The position numbers and the translations under genes are program-made. This document shows positions 37,301-52,300 of a stretch of DNA of 64,000 nt, in pieces. The stretch is from the NCBI GenBank assembly GCA_964016885.1, contig OZ024743.1:212102001-212166000 (forward strand), in the 5' to 3' direction. Position 1 is the stretch's first letter; the number at the start of each line of letters is the position of its first letter. The notes beneath the pieces were generated by a model, which saw only the letters and a program-made list of their open reading frames with translations, was not told the origin of the DNA and made no database searches. The DNA is from Eledone cirrhosa. Its lineage: Eukaryota.

Positions 37301-40300
37301 TTTTCTTGAAGATCACACCACACACAGCCAATGAGTGTCTGCACATGTACCAGTAATTACAGATGGATCCCCCCACGGGCGGCCGGCCCACAATCGAAAA
37401 GGTTACTCCGCCTGCAAATCGTCATTTTCGGATTCGTTTTCTTCGAAGCACACCATTCGCCGGCGGACTTCAGCTGCCTCATTTAGCATGAGCAGTTTTT
37501 CTTGAAGATCACACCACACACAGCCAATGAGTGTCTGCACATGTACCAGTAATTACAGATGGATCCCACCACGGGCGGCCGGCCCACAATCGAAAAGGTT
37601 ACTCCGCCTGCAAATCGTCATTTTCGGATTCGTTTTCTTCGAAGCACACCATTCGCCGGCGGACTTCAGCTGCCTCATTTAGCATGGGCAGTTTTTCTTG
37701 AAGATCACACCACACACAGCCAATGAGTGTCTGCACATGTACCAGTAATTAGAGATCGATCCGACCACGGGCGGCCGGCCCACGATCGAGAAAAAGGTAA
37801 CTCCGCCGGCAAATCGTCATTTTTGTGATCCGTTTTCTTCGAAGCACACCATTCGCCGCCGGACTTCAGCTGCCTCATTTAGCATGGGCAGTTTTTTTTG
37901 AAAATCACACCACACACAACCAATGTGTGTCTGCACATGTACCAGTAATTACAGATCGATCCCACCACGGGCGGCCGGCCCACAATCGAAAAGGTTACTC
38001 CGCCTGCAAATCGTCATTTTCGGATTCGTTTTCTTCGAAGCACACCATTCGCCGGCGGACTTCAGCTGCCTCATTTAGCATGAGCAGTTTTTCTTGAAGA
38101 TCACACCACACACAGCCAATGAGTGTCTGCACATGTACCAGTAATTACAGATGGATCCCCCCACGGGCGGCCGGCCCACAATCGAAAAGGTTACTCCGCC
38201 TGCAAATCGTCATTTTCGGATTCGTTTTCTTCGAAGCACACCATTCGCCGGCGGACTTCAGCTGCCTCATTTAGCATGAGCAGTTTTTCTTGAAGATCAC
38301 ACCACACACAGCCAATGAGTGTCTGCACATGTACCAGTAATTACAGATGGATCCCACCACGGGCGGCCGGCCCACAATCGAAAAGGTTACTCCGCCTGCA
38401 AATCGTCATTTTCGGATTCGTTTTCTTCGAAGCACACCATTCGCCGGCGGACTTCAGCTGCCTCATTTAGCATGGGCAGTTTTTCTTGAAGATCACACCA
38501 CACACAGCCAATGAGTGTCTGCACATGTACCAGTAATTAGAGATCGATCCGACCACGGGCGGCCGGCCCACGATCGAGAAAAAGGTAACTCCGCCGGCAA
38601 ATCGTCATTTTTGTGATCCGTTTTCTTCGAAGCACACCATTCGCCGCCGGACTTCAGCTGCCTCATTTAGCATGGGCAGTTTTTTTTGAAAATCACACCA
38701 CACACAACCAATGTGTGTCTGCACATGTACCAGTAATTACAGATCGATCCCACCACGAGTTCAATGTAAACTAACTTACGCTCAACGACTTTGTTGACGT
38801 TTAACACGGTTTGGTTCCACAGCCACAACTATTGATTTTAAGGAGATATCTTGCTGAAATTCACGCCACACATAGCCAATGAGTGTCTGCACATGTACCA
38901 GTAATTACAGATCGATCCGACCACGGACGGCCGGCCCGCGATTGAAAAGGTAACTCCGCCGGCAAATCGTCATTTTTGGATTCGTTTTCTTCGAAGCACA
39001 CCATTCGCCGGCGTACTTTGTTGACGTTTAACACGGTTTGGTTCCACAGCCACAACTATTGATTTTAAGGAGATATCTTGCTGGAATTCACGCCACACAT
39101 AGCCAATGAGTGTCTGCACATGTACCAGTAATTACAGATGGATCCCACCACGGGCGGCCGGCCCACAATCGAAAAGGTTACTCCGCCTGCAAATCGTCAT
39201 TTTCGGATTCGTTTTCTTCGAAGCACACCATTCGCCGGCGGACTTCAGCTGCCTCATTTAGCATGAGCAGTTTTTCTTGAAGATCACACCACACACAGCC
39301 AATGAGTGTCTGCACATGTACCAGTAATTACAGATGGATCCCACCACGGGCGGCCGGCCCACAATCGAAAAGGTTACTCCGCCTGCAAATCGTCATTTTC
39401 GGATTCGTTTTCTTCGAAGCACACCATTCGCCGGCGGACTTCAGCTGCCTCATTTAGCATGGGCAGTTTTTCTTGAAGATCACACCACACACACCCAATG
39501 AGTGTCTGCACATGTACCAGTAATTAGAGATCGATCCGACCACGGGCGGCCGGCCCACGATCGAGAAAAAGGTAACTCCGCCGGCAAATCGTCATTTTTG
39601 TGATCCGTTTTCTTCGAAGCACACCATTCGCCGCCGGACTTCAGCTGCCTCATTTAGCATGGGCAGTTTTTTTTGAAAATCACACCACACACAACCAATG
39701 TGTGTCTGCACATGTACCAGTAATTACAGATCGATCCGACCACGGGCGGCCGGCCCGCGATTGAAAAGGTAACTCCGCCGGCAAATCGTCAATTTTGTGA
39801 TTCGTTTTCTTCGAAGCACACCATTCGCCGCCGGACTTCAGCTGCCTCATTTAGCATGGGCAGTTTTTTTTGAAAATAACACCACACACAACCAATGTGT
39901 GTCTGCACATGTACCAGTAATTACAGATCGATCCCACCACGAGTTCAATGTAAACAAACTTACGCTCAACGACTTTGTTGACGTTTAACACGGTTTGGTT
40001 CCACAGCCACAACTATTGATTTTAAGGAGATATCTTGCTGAAATTCACGCCACACATAGCCAATGAGTGTTTGCACATGTACCAGTAATTACAGATCGAT
40101 CCGACCACGGACGGCCGGCCCGCGATTGAAAAGGTAACTCCGCCGGCAAATCGTCATTTTTGGATTCGTTTTCTTCGAAGCACACCATTCGCCGGCGTAC
40201 TTTGTTGACGTTTAACACGGTTTGGTTCCACAGCCACAACTATTGATTTTAAGGAGATATCTTGCTGAAATTCACGCCACACATAGCCAATGAGTGTCTG

Positions 40301-43300
40301 CACATGTACCAGTAATTACAGATGGATCCCACCACGGGCGGCTGGCCCACAATCGAAAAGGTTACTCCGCCTGCAAATCGTCATTTTCGGATTCGTTTTC
40401 TTCGAAGCACACCATTCGCCGGCGGACTTCAGCTGCCTCATTTAGCATGAGCAGTTTTTCTTGAAGATCACACCACACACAGCCAATGAGTGTCTGCACA
40501 TGTACCAGTAATTACAGATGGATCCCACCACGGGCGGCCGGCCCACAATCGAAAAGGTTACTCCGCCTGCAAATCGTCATTTTCGGATTCGTTTTCTTCG
40601 AAGCACACCATTCGCCGGCGGACTTCAGCTGCCTCATTTAGCATGAGCAGTTTTTCTTGAAGATCACACCACACATAGCCAATGAGTGTCTGCACATGTA
40701 CCAGTAATTACAGATGGATCCCACCACGGGCGGCCGGCCCACAATCGAAAAGGTTACTCCGCCTGCAAATCGTCATTTTCGGATTCGTTTTCTTCGAAGC
40801 ACACCATTCGCCGGCGGACTTCAGCTGCCTCATTTAGCATGGGCAGTTTTTCTTGAAGATCACACCACACACAGCCAATGAGTGTCTGCACATGTACCAG
40901 TAATTACAGATGGATCCCACCACGGGCGGCCGGCCCACAATCGAAAAGGTTACTCCGCCTGCAAATCGTCATTTTCGGATTCGTTTTCTTCGAAGCACAC
41001 CATTCGCCGGCGGACTTCAGCTGCCTCATTTAGCATGGGCAGTTTTTCTTGAAGATCACACCACACACAGCCAATGAGTGTCTGCACATGTACCAGTAAT
41101 TAGAGATCGATCCGACCACGGGCGGCCGGCCCACGATCGAGAAAATGGTAACTCCGCCGGCAAATCGTCATTTTTGTGATCCGTTTTCTTCGAAGCACAC
41201 CATTCGCCGCCGGACTTCAGCTGCCTCATTTAGCATGGGCAGTTTTTTTTGAAAATCACACCACACACAACCAATGTGTGTCTGCACATGTACCAGTAAT
41301 TACAGATCGATCCCACCACGGGCGGCCGGCCCACAATCGAAAAGGTTACTCCGCCTGCAAATCGTCATTTTCGGATTCGTTTTCTTCGAAGCACACCCTT
41401 TCGCCGGCGGACTTCAGCTGCCTCATTTAGCATGAGCAGTTTTTCTTGAAGATCACACCACACACAGCCAATGAGTGTCTGCACATGTACCAGTAATTAC
41501 AGATGGATCCCCCCACGGGCGGCCGGCCCACAATCGAAAAGGTTACTCCGCCTGCAAATCGTCATTTTCGGATTCGTTTTCTTCGAAGCACACCATTCGC
41601 CGGCGGACTTCAGCTGCCTCATTTAGCATGAGCAGTTTTTCTTGAAGATCACACCACACACAGCCAATGAGTGTCTGCACATGTACCAGTAATTACAGAT
41701 GGATCCCACCACGGGCGGCCGGCCCACAATCGAAAAGGTTACTCCGCCTGCAAATCGTCATTTTCGGATTCGTTTTCTTCGAAGCACACCATTCGCCGGC
41801 GGACTTCAGCTGCCTCATTTAGCATGGGCAGTTTTTCTTGAAGATCACACCACACACAGCCAATGAGTGTCTGCACATGTACCAGTAATTAGAGATCGAT
41901 CCGACCACGGGCGGCCGGCCCACGATCGAGAAAAAGGTAACTCCGCCGGCAAATCGTCATTTTTGTGATCCGTTTTCTTCGAAGCACACCATTCGCCGCC
42001 GGACTTCAGCTGCCTCATTTAGCATGGGCAGTTTTTTTTGAAAATCACACCACACACAACCAATGTGTGTCTGCACATGTACCAGTAATTACAGATCGAT
42101 CCCACCACGGGCGGCCGGCCCACAATCGAAAAGGTTACTCCGCCTGCAAATCGTCATTTTCGGATTCGTTTTCTTCGAAGCACACCATTCGCCGGCGGAC
42201 TTCAGCTGCCTCATTTAGCATGAGCAGTTTTTCTTGAAGATCACACCACACACAGCCAATGAGTGTCTGCACATGTACCAGTAATTACAGATGGATCCCC
42301 CCACGGGCGGCCGGCCCACAATCGAAAAGGTTACTCCGCCTGCAAATCGTCATTTTCGGATTCGTTTTCTTCGAAGCACACCATTCGCCGGCGGACTTCA
42401 GCTGCCTCATTTAGCATGAGCAGTTTTTCTTGAAGATCACACCACACACAGCCAATGAGTGTCTGCACATGTACCAGTAATTACAGATGGATCCCACCAC
42501 GGGCGGCCGGCCCACAATCGAAAAGGTTACTCCGCCTGCAAATCGTCATTTTCGGATTCGTTTTCTTCGAAGCACACCATTCGCCGGCGGACTTCAGCTG
42601 CCTCATTTAGCATGGGCAGTTTTTCTTGAAGATCACACCACACACAGCCAATGAGTGTCTGCACATGTACCAGTAATTAGAGATCGATCCGACCACGGGC
42701 GGCCGGCCCACGATCGAGAAAAAGGTAACTCCGCCGGCAAATCGTCATTTTTGTGATCCGTTTTCTTCGAAGCACACCATTCGCCGCCGGACTTCAGCTG
42801 CCTCATTTAGCATGGGCAGTTTTTTTTGAAAATCACACCACACACAACCAATGTGTGTCTGCACATGTACCAGTAATTACAGATCGATCCGACCACGGGC
42901 GGCCGGCCCGCGATTGAAAAGGTAACTCCGCCGGCAAATCGTCATTTTTGTGATTCGTTTTCTTCGAAGCACACCATTCGCCGCCGGACTTCAGCTGCCT
43001 CATTTAGCATGGGCAGTTTTTTTTGAAAATCACACCACACACAACCAATGTGTGTCTGCACATGTACCAGTAATTACAGATCGATCCCACCACGAGTTCA
43101 ATGTAAACTAACTTACGCTCAACGACTTTGTTGACGTTTAACACGGTTTGGTTCCACAGCCACAACTATTGATTTTAAGGAGATATCTTGCTGAAATTCA
43201 CGCCACACATAGCCAATGAGTGTCTGCACATGTACCAGTAATTACAGATCGATCCGACCACGGACGGCCGGCCCGCGATTGAAAAGGTAACTCCGCCGGC

Positions 43301-46000
43301 AAATCGTCATTTTTGGATTCGTTTTCTTCGAAGCACACCATTCGCCGGCGTACTTTGTTGACGTTTAACACGGTTTGGTTCCACAGCCACAACTATTGAT
43401 TTTAAGGAGATATCTTGCTGGAATTCACGCCACACATAGCCAATGAGTGTCTGCACATGTACCAGTAATTACAGATGGATCCCACCACGGGCGGCCGGCC
43501 CACAATCGAAAAGGTTACTCCGCCTTCAAATCGTCATTTTCGGATTCGTTTTCTTCGAAGCACACCATTCGCCGGCGGACTTCAGCTGCCTCATTTAGCA
43601 TGAGCAGTTTTTCTTGAAGATCACACCACACACAGCCAATGAGTGTCTGCACATGTACCAGTAATTACAGATGGATCCCACCACGGGCGGCCGGCCCACA
43701 ATCGAAAAGGTTACTCCGCCTGCAAATCGTCATTTTCGGATTCGTTTTCTTCGAAGCACACCATTCGCCGGCGGACTTCAGCTGCCTCATTTAGCATGAG
43801 CAGTTTTTCTTGAAGATCACACCACACACAGCCAATGAGTGTCTGCACATGTACCAGTAATTACAGATGGATCCCACCACGGGCGGCCGGCCCACAATCG
43901 AAAAGGTTACTCCGCCTGCAAATCGTCATTTTCGGATTCGTTTTCTTCGAAGCACACCATTCGCCGGCGGACTTCAGCTGCCTCATTTAGCATGGGCAGT
44001 TTTTCTTGAAGATCACACCACACACACCCAATGAGTGTCTGCACATGTACCAGTAATTAGAGATCGATCCGACCACGGGCGGCCGGCCCACGATCGAGAA
44101 AAAGGTAACTCCGCCGGCAAATCGTCATTTTTGTGATCCGTTTTCTTCGAAGCACACCATTCGCCGCCGGACTTCAGCTGCCTCATTTAGCATGGGCAGT
44201 TTTTTTTGAAAATCACACCACACACAACCAATGTGTGTCTGCACATGTACCAGTAATTACAGATCGATCCGACCACGGGCGGCCGGCCCGCGATTGAAAA
44301 GGTAACTCCGCCGGCAAATCGTCAATTTTGTGATTCGTTTTCTTCGAAGCACACCATTCGCCGCCGGACTTCAGCTGCCTCATTTAGCATGGGCAGTTTT
44401 TTTTGAAAATAACACCACACACAACCAATGTGTGTCTGCACATGTACCAGTAATTACAGATCGATCCCACCACGAGTTCAATGTAAACAAACTTACGCTC
44501 AACGACTTTGTTGACGTTTAACACGGTTTGGTTCCACAGCCACAACTATTGATTTTAAGGAGATATCTTGCTGAAATTCACGCCACACATAGCCAATGAG
44601 TGTTTGCACATGTACCAGTAATTACAGATCGATCCGACCACGGACGGCCGGCCCGCGATTGAAAAGGTAACTCCGCCGGCAAATCGTCATTTTTGGATTC
44701 GTTTTCTTCGAAGCACACCATTCGCCGGCGTACTTTGTTGACGTTTAACACGGTTTGGTTCCACAGCCACAACTATTGATTTTAAGAAGATATCTTGCTG
44801 AAATTCACGCCACACATAGCCAATGAGTGTCTGCACATGTACCAGTAATTACAGATGGATCCCACCACGGGCGGCTGGCCCACAATCGAAAAGGTTACTC
44901 CGCCTGCAAATCGTCATTTTCGGATTCGTTTTCTTCGAAGCACACCATTCGCCGGCGGACTTCAGCTGCCTCATTTAGCATGAGCAGTTTTTTTTGAAGA
45001 TCACACCACACACAGCCAATGAGTGTCTGCACATGTACCAGTAATTACAGATGGATCCCACCACGGGCGGCCGGCCCACAATCGAAAAGGTTACTCCGCC
45101 TGCAAATCGTCATTTTCGGATTCGTTTTCTTCGAAGCACACCATTCGCCGGCGGACTTCAGCTGCCTCATTTAGCATGAGCAGTTTTTCTTGAAGATCAC
45201 ACCACACATAGCCAATGAGTGTCTGCACATGTACCAGTAATTACAGATGGATCCCACCACGGGCGGCCGGCCCACAATCGAAAAGGTTACTCCGCCTGCA
45301 AATCGTCATTTTCGGATTCGTTTTCTTCGAAGCACACCATTCGCCGGCGGACTTCAGCTGCCTCATTTAGCATGGGCAGTTTTTCTTGAAGATCACACCA
45401 CACACAGCCAATGAGTGTCTGCACATGTACCAGTAATTACAGATGGATCCCACCACGGGCGGGCGGCCCACAATCGAAAAGGTTACTCCGCCTGCAAATC
45501 GTCATTTTCGGATTCGTTTTCTTCGAAGCACACCATTCGCCGGCGGACTTCAGCTGCCTCATTTAGCATGGGCAGTTTTTCTTGAAGATCACACCACACA
45601 CAGCCAATGAGTGTCTGCACATGTACCAGTAATTAGAGATCGATCCGACCACGGGCGGCCGGCCCACGATCGAGAAAATGGTAACTCCGCCGGCAAATCG
45701 TCATTTTTGTGATCCGTTTTCTTCGAAGCACACCATTCGCCGCCGGACTTCAGCTGCCTCATTTAGCATGGGCAGTTTTTTTTGAAAATCACACCACACA
45801 CAACCAATGTGTGTCTGCACATGTACCAGTAATTACAGATCGATCCCACCACGGGCGGCCGGCCCACAATCGAAAAGGTTACTCCGCCTGCAAATCGTCA
45901 TTTTCGGATTCGTTTTCTTCGAAGCACACCCTTTCGCCGGCGGACTTCAGCTGCCTCATTTAGCATGAGCAGTTTTTCTGGAAGATCACACCACACACAG
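33130..46000 (+). repeat. Three tandem copies of a super-unit (4140, 4140 and 4533 bp)
   Basis: Private variants appear three times each: CTGGAATTC (new EcoRI site; ~34941, 39081, 43418), GTCAATTTTG, GAAAATAAC, GTGTTTGCAC, GGCTGGCCC, and the +1 bp ACCCTTTCG (~37255, 41395, 45927). ORF echoes lie at 37036/41176/45709. Confidence 0.9.
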
Positions 46001-46399
46001 CCAATGAGTGTCTGCACATGTACCAGTAATTACAGATGGATCCCCCCACGGGCGGCCGGCCCACAATCGAAAAGGTTACTCCGCCTGCAAATCGTCATTT
46101 TCGGATTCGTTTTCTTCGAAGCACACCATTCGCCGGCGGACTTCAGCTGCCTCATTTAGCATGAGCAGTTTTTCTTGAAGATCACACCACACACAGCCAA
46201 TGAGTGTCTGCACATGTACCAGTAATTACAGATGGATCCCACCACGGGCGGCCGGCCCACAATCGAAAAGGTTACTCCGCCTGCAAATCGTCATTTTCGG
46301 ATTCGTTTTCTTCGAAGCACACCATTCGCCGGCGGACTTCAGCTGCCTCATTTAGCATGGGCAGTTTTTCTTGAAGATCACACCACACACAGCCAATGA

Positions 46400-49300
46400 G
46401 TCTCTGCACATGTACCAGTAATTAGAGATCGATCCGACCACGGGCGGCCGGCCCACGATCGAGAAAAAGGTAACTCCGCCGGCAAATCGTCATTTTTGTG
46501 ATCCGTTTTCTTCGAAGCACACCATTCGCCGCCGGACTTCAGCTGCCTCATTTAGCATGGGCAGTTTTTTTTGAAAATCACACCACACACAACCAATGTG
46601 TGTCTGCACATGTACCAGTAATTACAGATCGATCCGACCACGGGCGGCCGGCCCGCGATTGAAAAGGTAACTCCGCCGGCAAATCGTCATTTTTGTGATT
46701 CGTTTTCTTCGAAGCACACCATTCGCCGCCGGACTTCAGCTGCCTCATTTAGCATGGGCAGTTTTTTTTGAAAATCACACCACACACAACCAATGTGTGT
46801 CTGCACATGTACCAGTAATTACAGATCGATCCCACCACGAGTTCAATGTAAACTAACTTACGCTCAACGACTTTGTTGACGTTTAACACGGTTTGGTTCC
46901 ACAGCCACAACTATTGATTTTAAGGAGATATCTTGCTGAAATTCACGCCACACATAGCCAATGAGTGTCTGCACATGTACCAGTAATTACAGATCGATCC
47001 GACCACGGACGGCCGGCCCGCGATTGAAAAGGTAACTCCGCCGGCAAATCGTCATTTTTGGATTCGTTTTCTTCGAAGCACACCATTCGCCGGCGTACTT
47101 TGTTGACGTTTAACACGGTTTGGTTCCACAGCCACAACTATTGATTTTAAGGAGATATCTTGCTGAAATTCATGCCACACATAGCCAATGAGTGTCTGCA
47201 CATGTACCAGTAATTACAGATGGATCCCACCACGGGCGGCCGGCCCACAATCGAAAAGGTTACTCCGCCTGCAAATCGTCATTTTCGGATTCGTTTTCTT
47301 CGAAGCACACCATTCGCCGGCGGACTTCAGCTGCCTCATTTAGCATGAGCAGTTTTCCTTGAAGATCACACCACACACAGCCAATGAGTGTCTGCACATG
47401 TACCAGTAATTACAGATGGATCCCACCACGGGCGGCCGGCCCACAATCGAAAAGGTTACTCCGCCTGCAAATCGTCATTTTCGGATTCGTTTTCTTCGAA
47501 GCACACCATTCGCCGGCGGACTTCAGCTGCCTCATTTAGCATGGGCAGTTTTTCTTGAAGATCACACCACACACACCCAATGAGTGTCTGCACATGTACC
47601 AGTAATTAGAGATCGATCCGACCACGGGCGGCCGGCCCACGATCGAGAAAAAGGTAACTCCGCCGGCAAATCGTCATTTTTGTGATCCGTTTTCTTCGAA
47701 GCACACCATTCGCCGCCGGACTTCAGCTGCCTCATTTAGCATGGGCAGTTTTTTTTGAAAATCACACCACACACAACCAATGTGTGTCTGCACATGTACC
47801 AGTAATTACAGATCGATCCGACCACGGGCGGCCGGCCCGCGATTGAAAAGGTAACTCCGCCGGCAAATCGTCATTTTTGTGATTCGTTTTCTTCGAAGCA
47901 CACCATTCGCCGCCGGACTTCAGCTGCCTCATTTAGCATGGGCAGTTTTTTTTGAAAATCACACCACACACAACCAATGTGTGTCTGCACATGTACCAGT
48001 AATTACAGATCGATCCCACCACGAGTTCAATGTAAACAAACTTACGCTCAACGACTTTGTTGACGTTTAACACGGTTTGGTTCCACAGCCACAACTATTG
48101 ATTTTACGGAGATATCTTGCTGAAATTCACGCCACACATAGCCAATGAGTGTCTGCACATCTACCAGTAATTACAGATGGATCCCACCACGGGCGGCCGG
48201 CCCACAATCGAAACGGTTACTCCGCCTGCAAATCGTCATTTTCGGATTCGTTTTCTTCGAAGCACACCATTCGCCGGCGGACTTCAGCTGCCTCATTTAG
48301 CATGGGCAGTTCTTCTTGAAGATCACACCACACACAGCCAATGAGTGTCTGCACATGTACCAGTAATTACAGATGGATCCCACCACGGGCGGCCGGCCCA
48401 CAATCGAAAAGGTTACTCCGCCTGCAAATCGTCATTTTCGGATTCGTTTTCTTCGAAGCACACCATTCGCCGGCGGACTTCAGCTGCCTCATTTAGCATG
48501 GGCAGTTTTTCTTGACGATCACACCACACACAGCCAATGAGTGTCTGCACATGTACCAGTAATTAGAGATCGATCCGACCACGGGCGGCCGGCCCACGAT
48601 CGAGAAAAAGGTAACTCCGCCGGCAAATCGTCATTTTTGTGATCCGTTTTCTTCGAAGCACACCATTCGCCGCCGGACTTCAGCTGCCTCATTTAGCATG
48701 GGCAGTTTTTTTTGAAAATCACACCACACACAACCAATGAGTGTCTGCACATGTACCAGTAATTACAGATCGATCCCACCACGGGCGGCCGGCCCACAAT
48801 CGAAAAGGTTACTCCGCCTGCAAATCGTCATTTTCGGATTCGTTTTCTTCGAAGCACACCATTCGCCGGCGGACTTCAGCTGCCTCATTTAGCATGAGCA
48901 GTTTTTCTTGAAGATCACACCACACCCAGCCAATGAGTGTCTGCACATGTACCAGTAATTACAGATGGATCCCCCCACGGGCGGCCGGCCCACAATCGAA
49001 AAGGTTACTCCGCCTGCAAATCGTCATTTTCGGATTCGTTTTCTTCGAAGCACACCATTCGCCGGCGGACTTCAGCTGCCTCATTTAGCATGAGCAGTTT
49101 TTCTTGAAGATCACACCACACACAGCCAATGAGTGTCTGCACATGTACCAGTAATTACAGATGGATCCCACCACGGGCGGCCGGCCCACAATCGAAAAGG
49201 TTACTCCGCCTGCAAATCGTCATTTTCGGATTCGTTTTCTTCGAAGCACACCATTCGCCGGCGGACTTCAGCTGCCTCATTTAGCATGGGCAGTTTTTCT

Positions 49301-52300
49301 TGAAGATCACACCACACACAGCCAATGAGTGTCTGCACATGTACCAGTAATTACAGATGGATCGCACCACGGGCGGCCGGCCCACAATCGAAAAGGTTAC
49401 TCCGCCTGCAAATCGTCATTTTCGGATTCGTTTTCTTCGAAGCACACCATTCGCCGGCGGACTTCAGCTGCCTCATTTAGCATGGGCAGTTTTTCTTGAA
49501 GATCACACCACACACAGCCAATGAGTGTCTGCACATGTACCAGTAATTAGAGATCGATCCGACCACGGGCGGCCGGCCCACGATCGAGAAAAAGGTAACT
49601 CCGCCGGCAAATCGTCATTTTTGTGATCCGTTTTCTTCGAAGCACACCATTCGCCGCCGGACTTCAGCTGCCTCATTTAGCATGGGCAGTTTTTTTTGAA
49701 AATCACACCACACACAACCAATGTGTGTCTGCACATGTACCAGTAATTACAGATCGATCCGACCACGGGCGGCCGGCCCGCGATTTAAAAGGTAACTCCG
49801 CCAGCAAATCGTCATTTTTGTGATTCGTTTTCTTCGAAGCACACCATTCGCCGCCGGACTTCAGCTGCCTCATTTAGCATGGGCAGTTTTTTTTGAAAAT
49901 CACACCACACACAACCAATGTGTGTCTGCACATGTACCAGTAATTACAGATCGATCCCACCACGAGTTCAATGTAAACAAACTTACGCTCAACGACTTTG
50001 TTGACGTTTAACACGGTTTGGTTCCACAGCCACAACTATTGATTTTAAGGAGATATCTTGCTGAAATTCACGCCACACATAGCCAATGAGTGTCTGCACA
50101 TGTACCAGTAATTAGAGATCGATCCGACCACGGGCGGCCGGCCCACGATCGAGGAAAAGGTAACTCCGCCGGCAAATCGTCATTTTTGTGATCCGTTTTC
50201 TTCGAAGCACACCATTCGCCGCCGGACTTCAGCTGCCTCATTTAGCATGGGCAGTTTTTTTTGAAAATCACACCACACACAACCAATGTGTGTCTGCACA
50301 TGTACCAGTAATTACAGATCGATCCCACCACGGGCGGCCGGCCCACAATCGAAAAGGTTACTCCGCCTGCAAATCGTCATTTTCGGATTCGTTTTCTTCG
50401 AAGCACACCATTCGCCGGCGGACTTCAGCTGCCTCATTTAGCATGAGCAGTTTTTCTTGAAGATCACACCACACACAGCCAATGAGTGTCTGCACATGTA
50501 CCAGTAATTACAGATGGATCCCCCCACGGGCGGCCGGCCCACAATCGAAAAGGTTACTCCGCCTGCAAATCGTCATTTTCGGATTCGTTTTCTTCGAAGC
50601 ACACCATTCGCCGGCGGACTTCAGCTGCCTCATTTAGCATGAGCAGTTTTTCTTTAAGATCACACCACACACAGCCAATGAGTGTCTGCACATGTACCAG
50701 TAATTACAGATGGATCCCACCACGGGCGGCCGGCCCACAATCTAAAAGGTTACTCCGCCTGCAAATCGTCATTTTCGGATTCGTTTTCTTCGAAGCACAC
50801 CATTCGCCGGCGGACTTCAGCTGCCTTATTTAGCATGGGCAGTTTTTCTTGAAGATCACACCACACACAGCCAATGAGTGTCTGCACATGTACCAGTAAT
50901 TAGAGATCGATCCGACCACGGGCGGCCGGCCCACGATCGAGAAAAAGGTAACTCCGCCGGCAAATCGTCATTTTTGTGATCCGTTTTCTTCGAAGCACAC
51001 CATTCGCCGCCGGACTTCAGCTGCCTCATTTAGCATGGGCAGTTTTTTTTGAAAATCACACCACACACAACCAATGTGTGTCTGCACATGTACCAGTAAT
51101 TACAGATCGATCCGACCACGGGCGGCCGGCCCGCGATTGAAAAGGTAACTCCGCCGGCAAATCGTCATTTTTGTGATTCGTTTTCTTCGAAGCACACCAT
51201 TCGCCGCCGGACTTCAGCTGCCTCATTTAGCATGGGCAGTTTTTTTTGAAAATCACACCACACACAACCAATGTGTGTCTGCACATGTACCAGTAATTAC
51301 AGATCGATCCCACCACGAGTTCAATGTAAACAAACTTACGCTCAACGACTTTGTTGACGTTTAACACGGTTTGGTTCCACAGCCACAACTATTGATTTTA
51401 AGGAGATATCTTGCTGAAATTCACGCCACACATAGCCAATGAGTGTCTGCACATGTACCAGTAATTACAGATGGATCCCACCACGGGCGGCCGGCCCACG
51501 ATCGAGAAAAAGGTAACTCCGCCGGCAAATCGTCATTTTTGTGATCCGTTTTCTTCGAAGCACACCATTCGCCGCCGGACTTCAGCTGCCTCATTTAGCA
51601 TGGGCAGTCTTTTTTGAAAATCACACCACACACAACCAATGTGTGTCTGCACATGTACCAGTAATTACAGATCGATCCCACCACGGGCGGCCGGCCCACA
51701 ATCGAAAAGGTTACTCCGCCTGCAAATCGTCATTTTCGGATTCGTTTTCTTCGAAGCACACCATTCGCCGGCGGACTTCAGCTGCCTCATTTAGCATGAG
51801 CAGTTTTTCTTGAAGATCACACCACACACAGCCAATGAGTGTCTGCACATGTACCAGTAATTACAGATGGATCCCCCCACGGGCGGCCGGCCCACAATCG
51901 AAAAGGTTACTCCGCCTGCAAATCGTCATTTTCGGATTCGTTTTCTTCGAAGCACACCATTCGCCGGCGGACTTCAGCTGCCTCATTTAGCATGAGCAGT
52001 TTTTCTTGAAGATCACACCACACACAGCCAATGAGTGTCTGCACATGTACCAGTAATTACAGATGGATCCCACCACGGGCGGCCGGCCCACAATCGAAAA
52101 GGTTACTCCGCCTGCAAATCGTCATTTTCGGATTCGTTTTCTTCGAAGCACACCATTCGCCGGCGGACTTCAGCTGCCTCATTTAGCATGGGCAGTTTTT
52201 CTTGAAGATCACACCACACACAGCCAATGAGTGTCTGCACATGTACCAGTAATTACAGATGGATCCCACCACGGGCGGCCGGCCCACAATTGAAAAGGTT

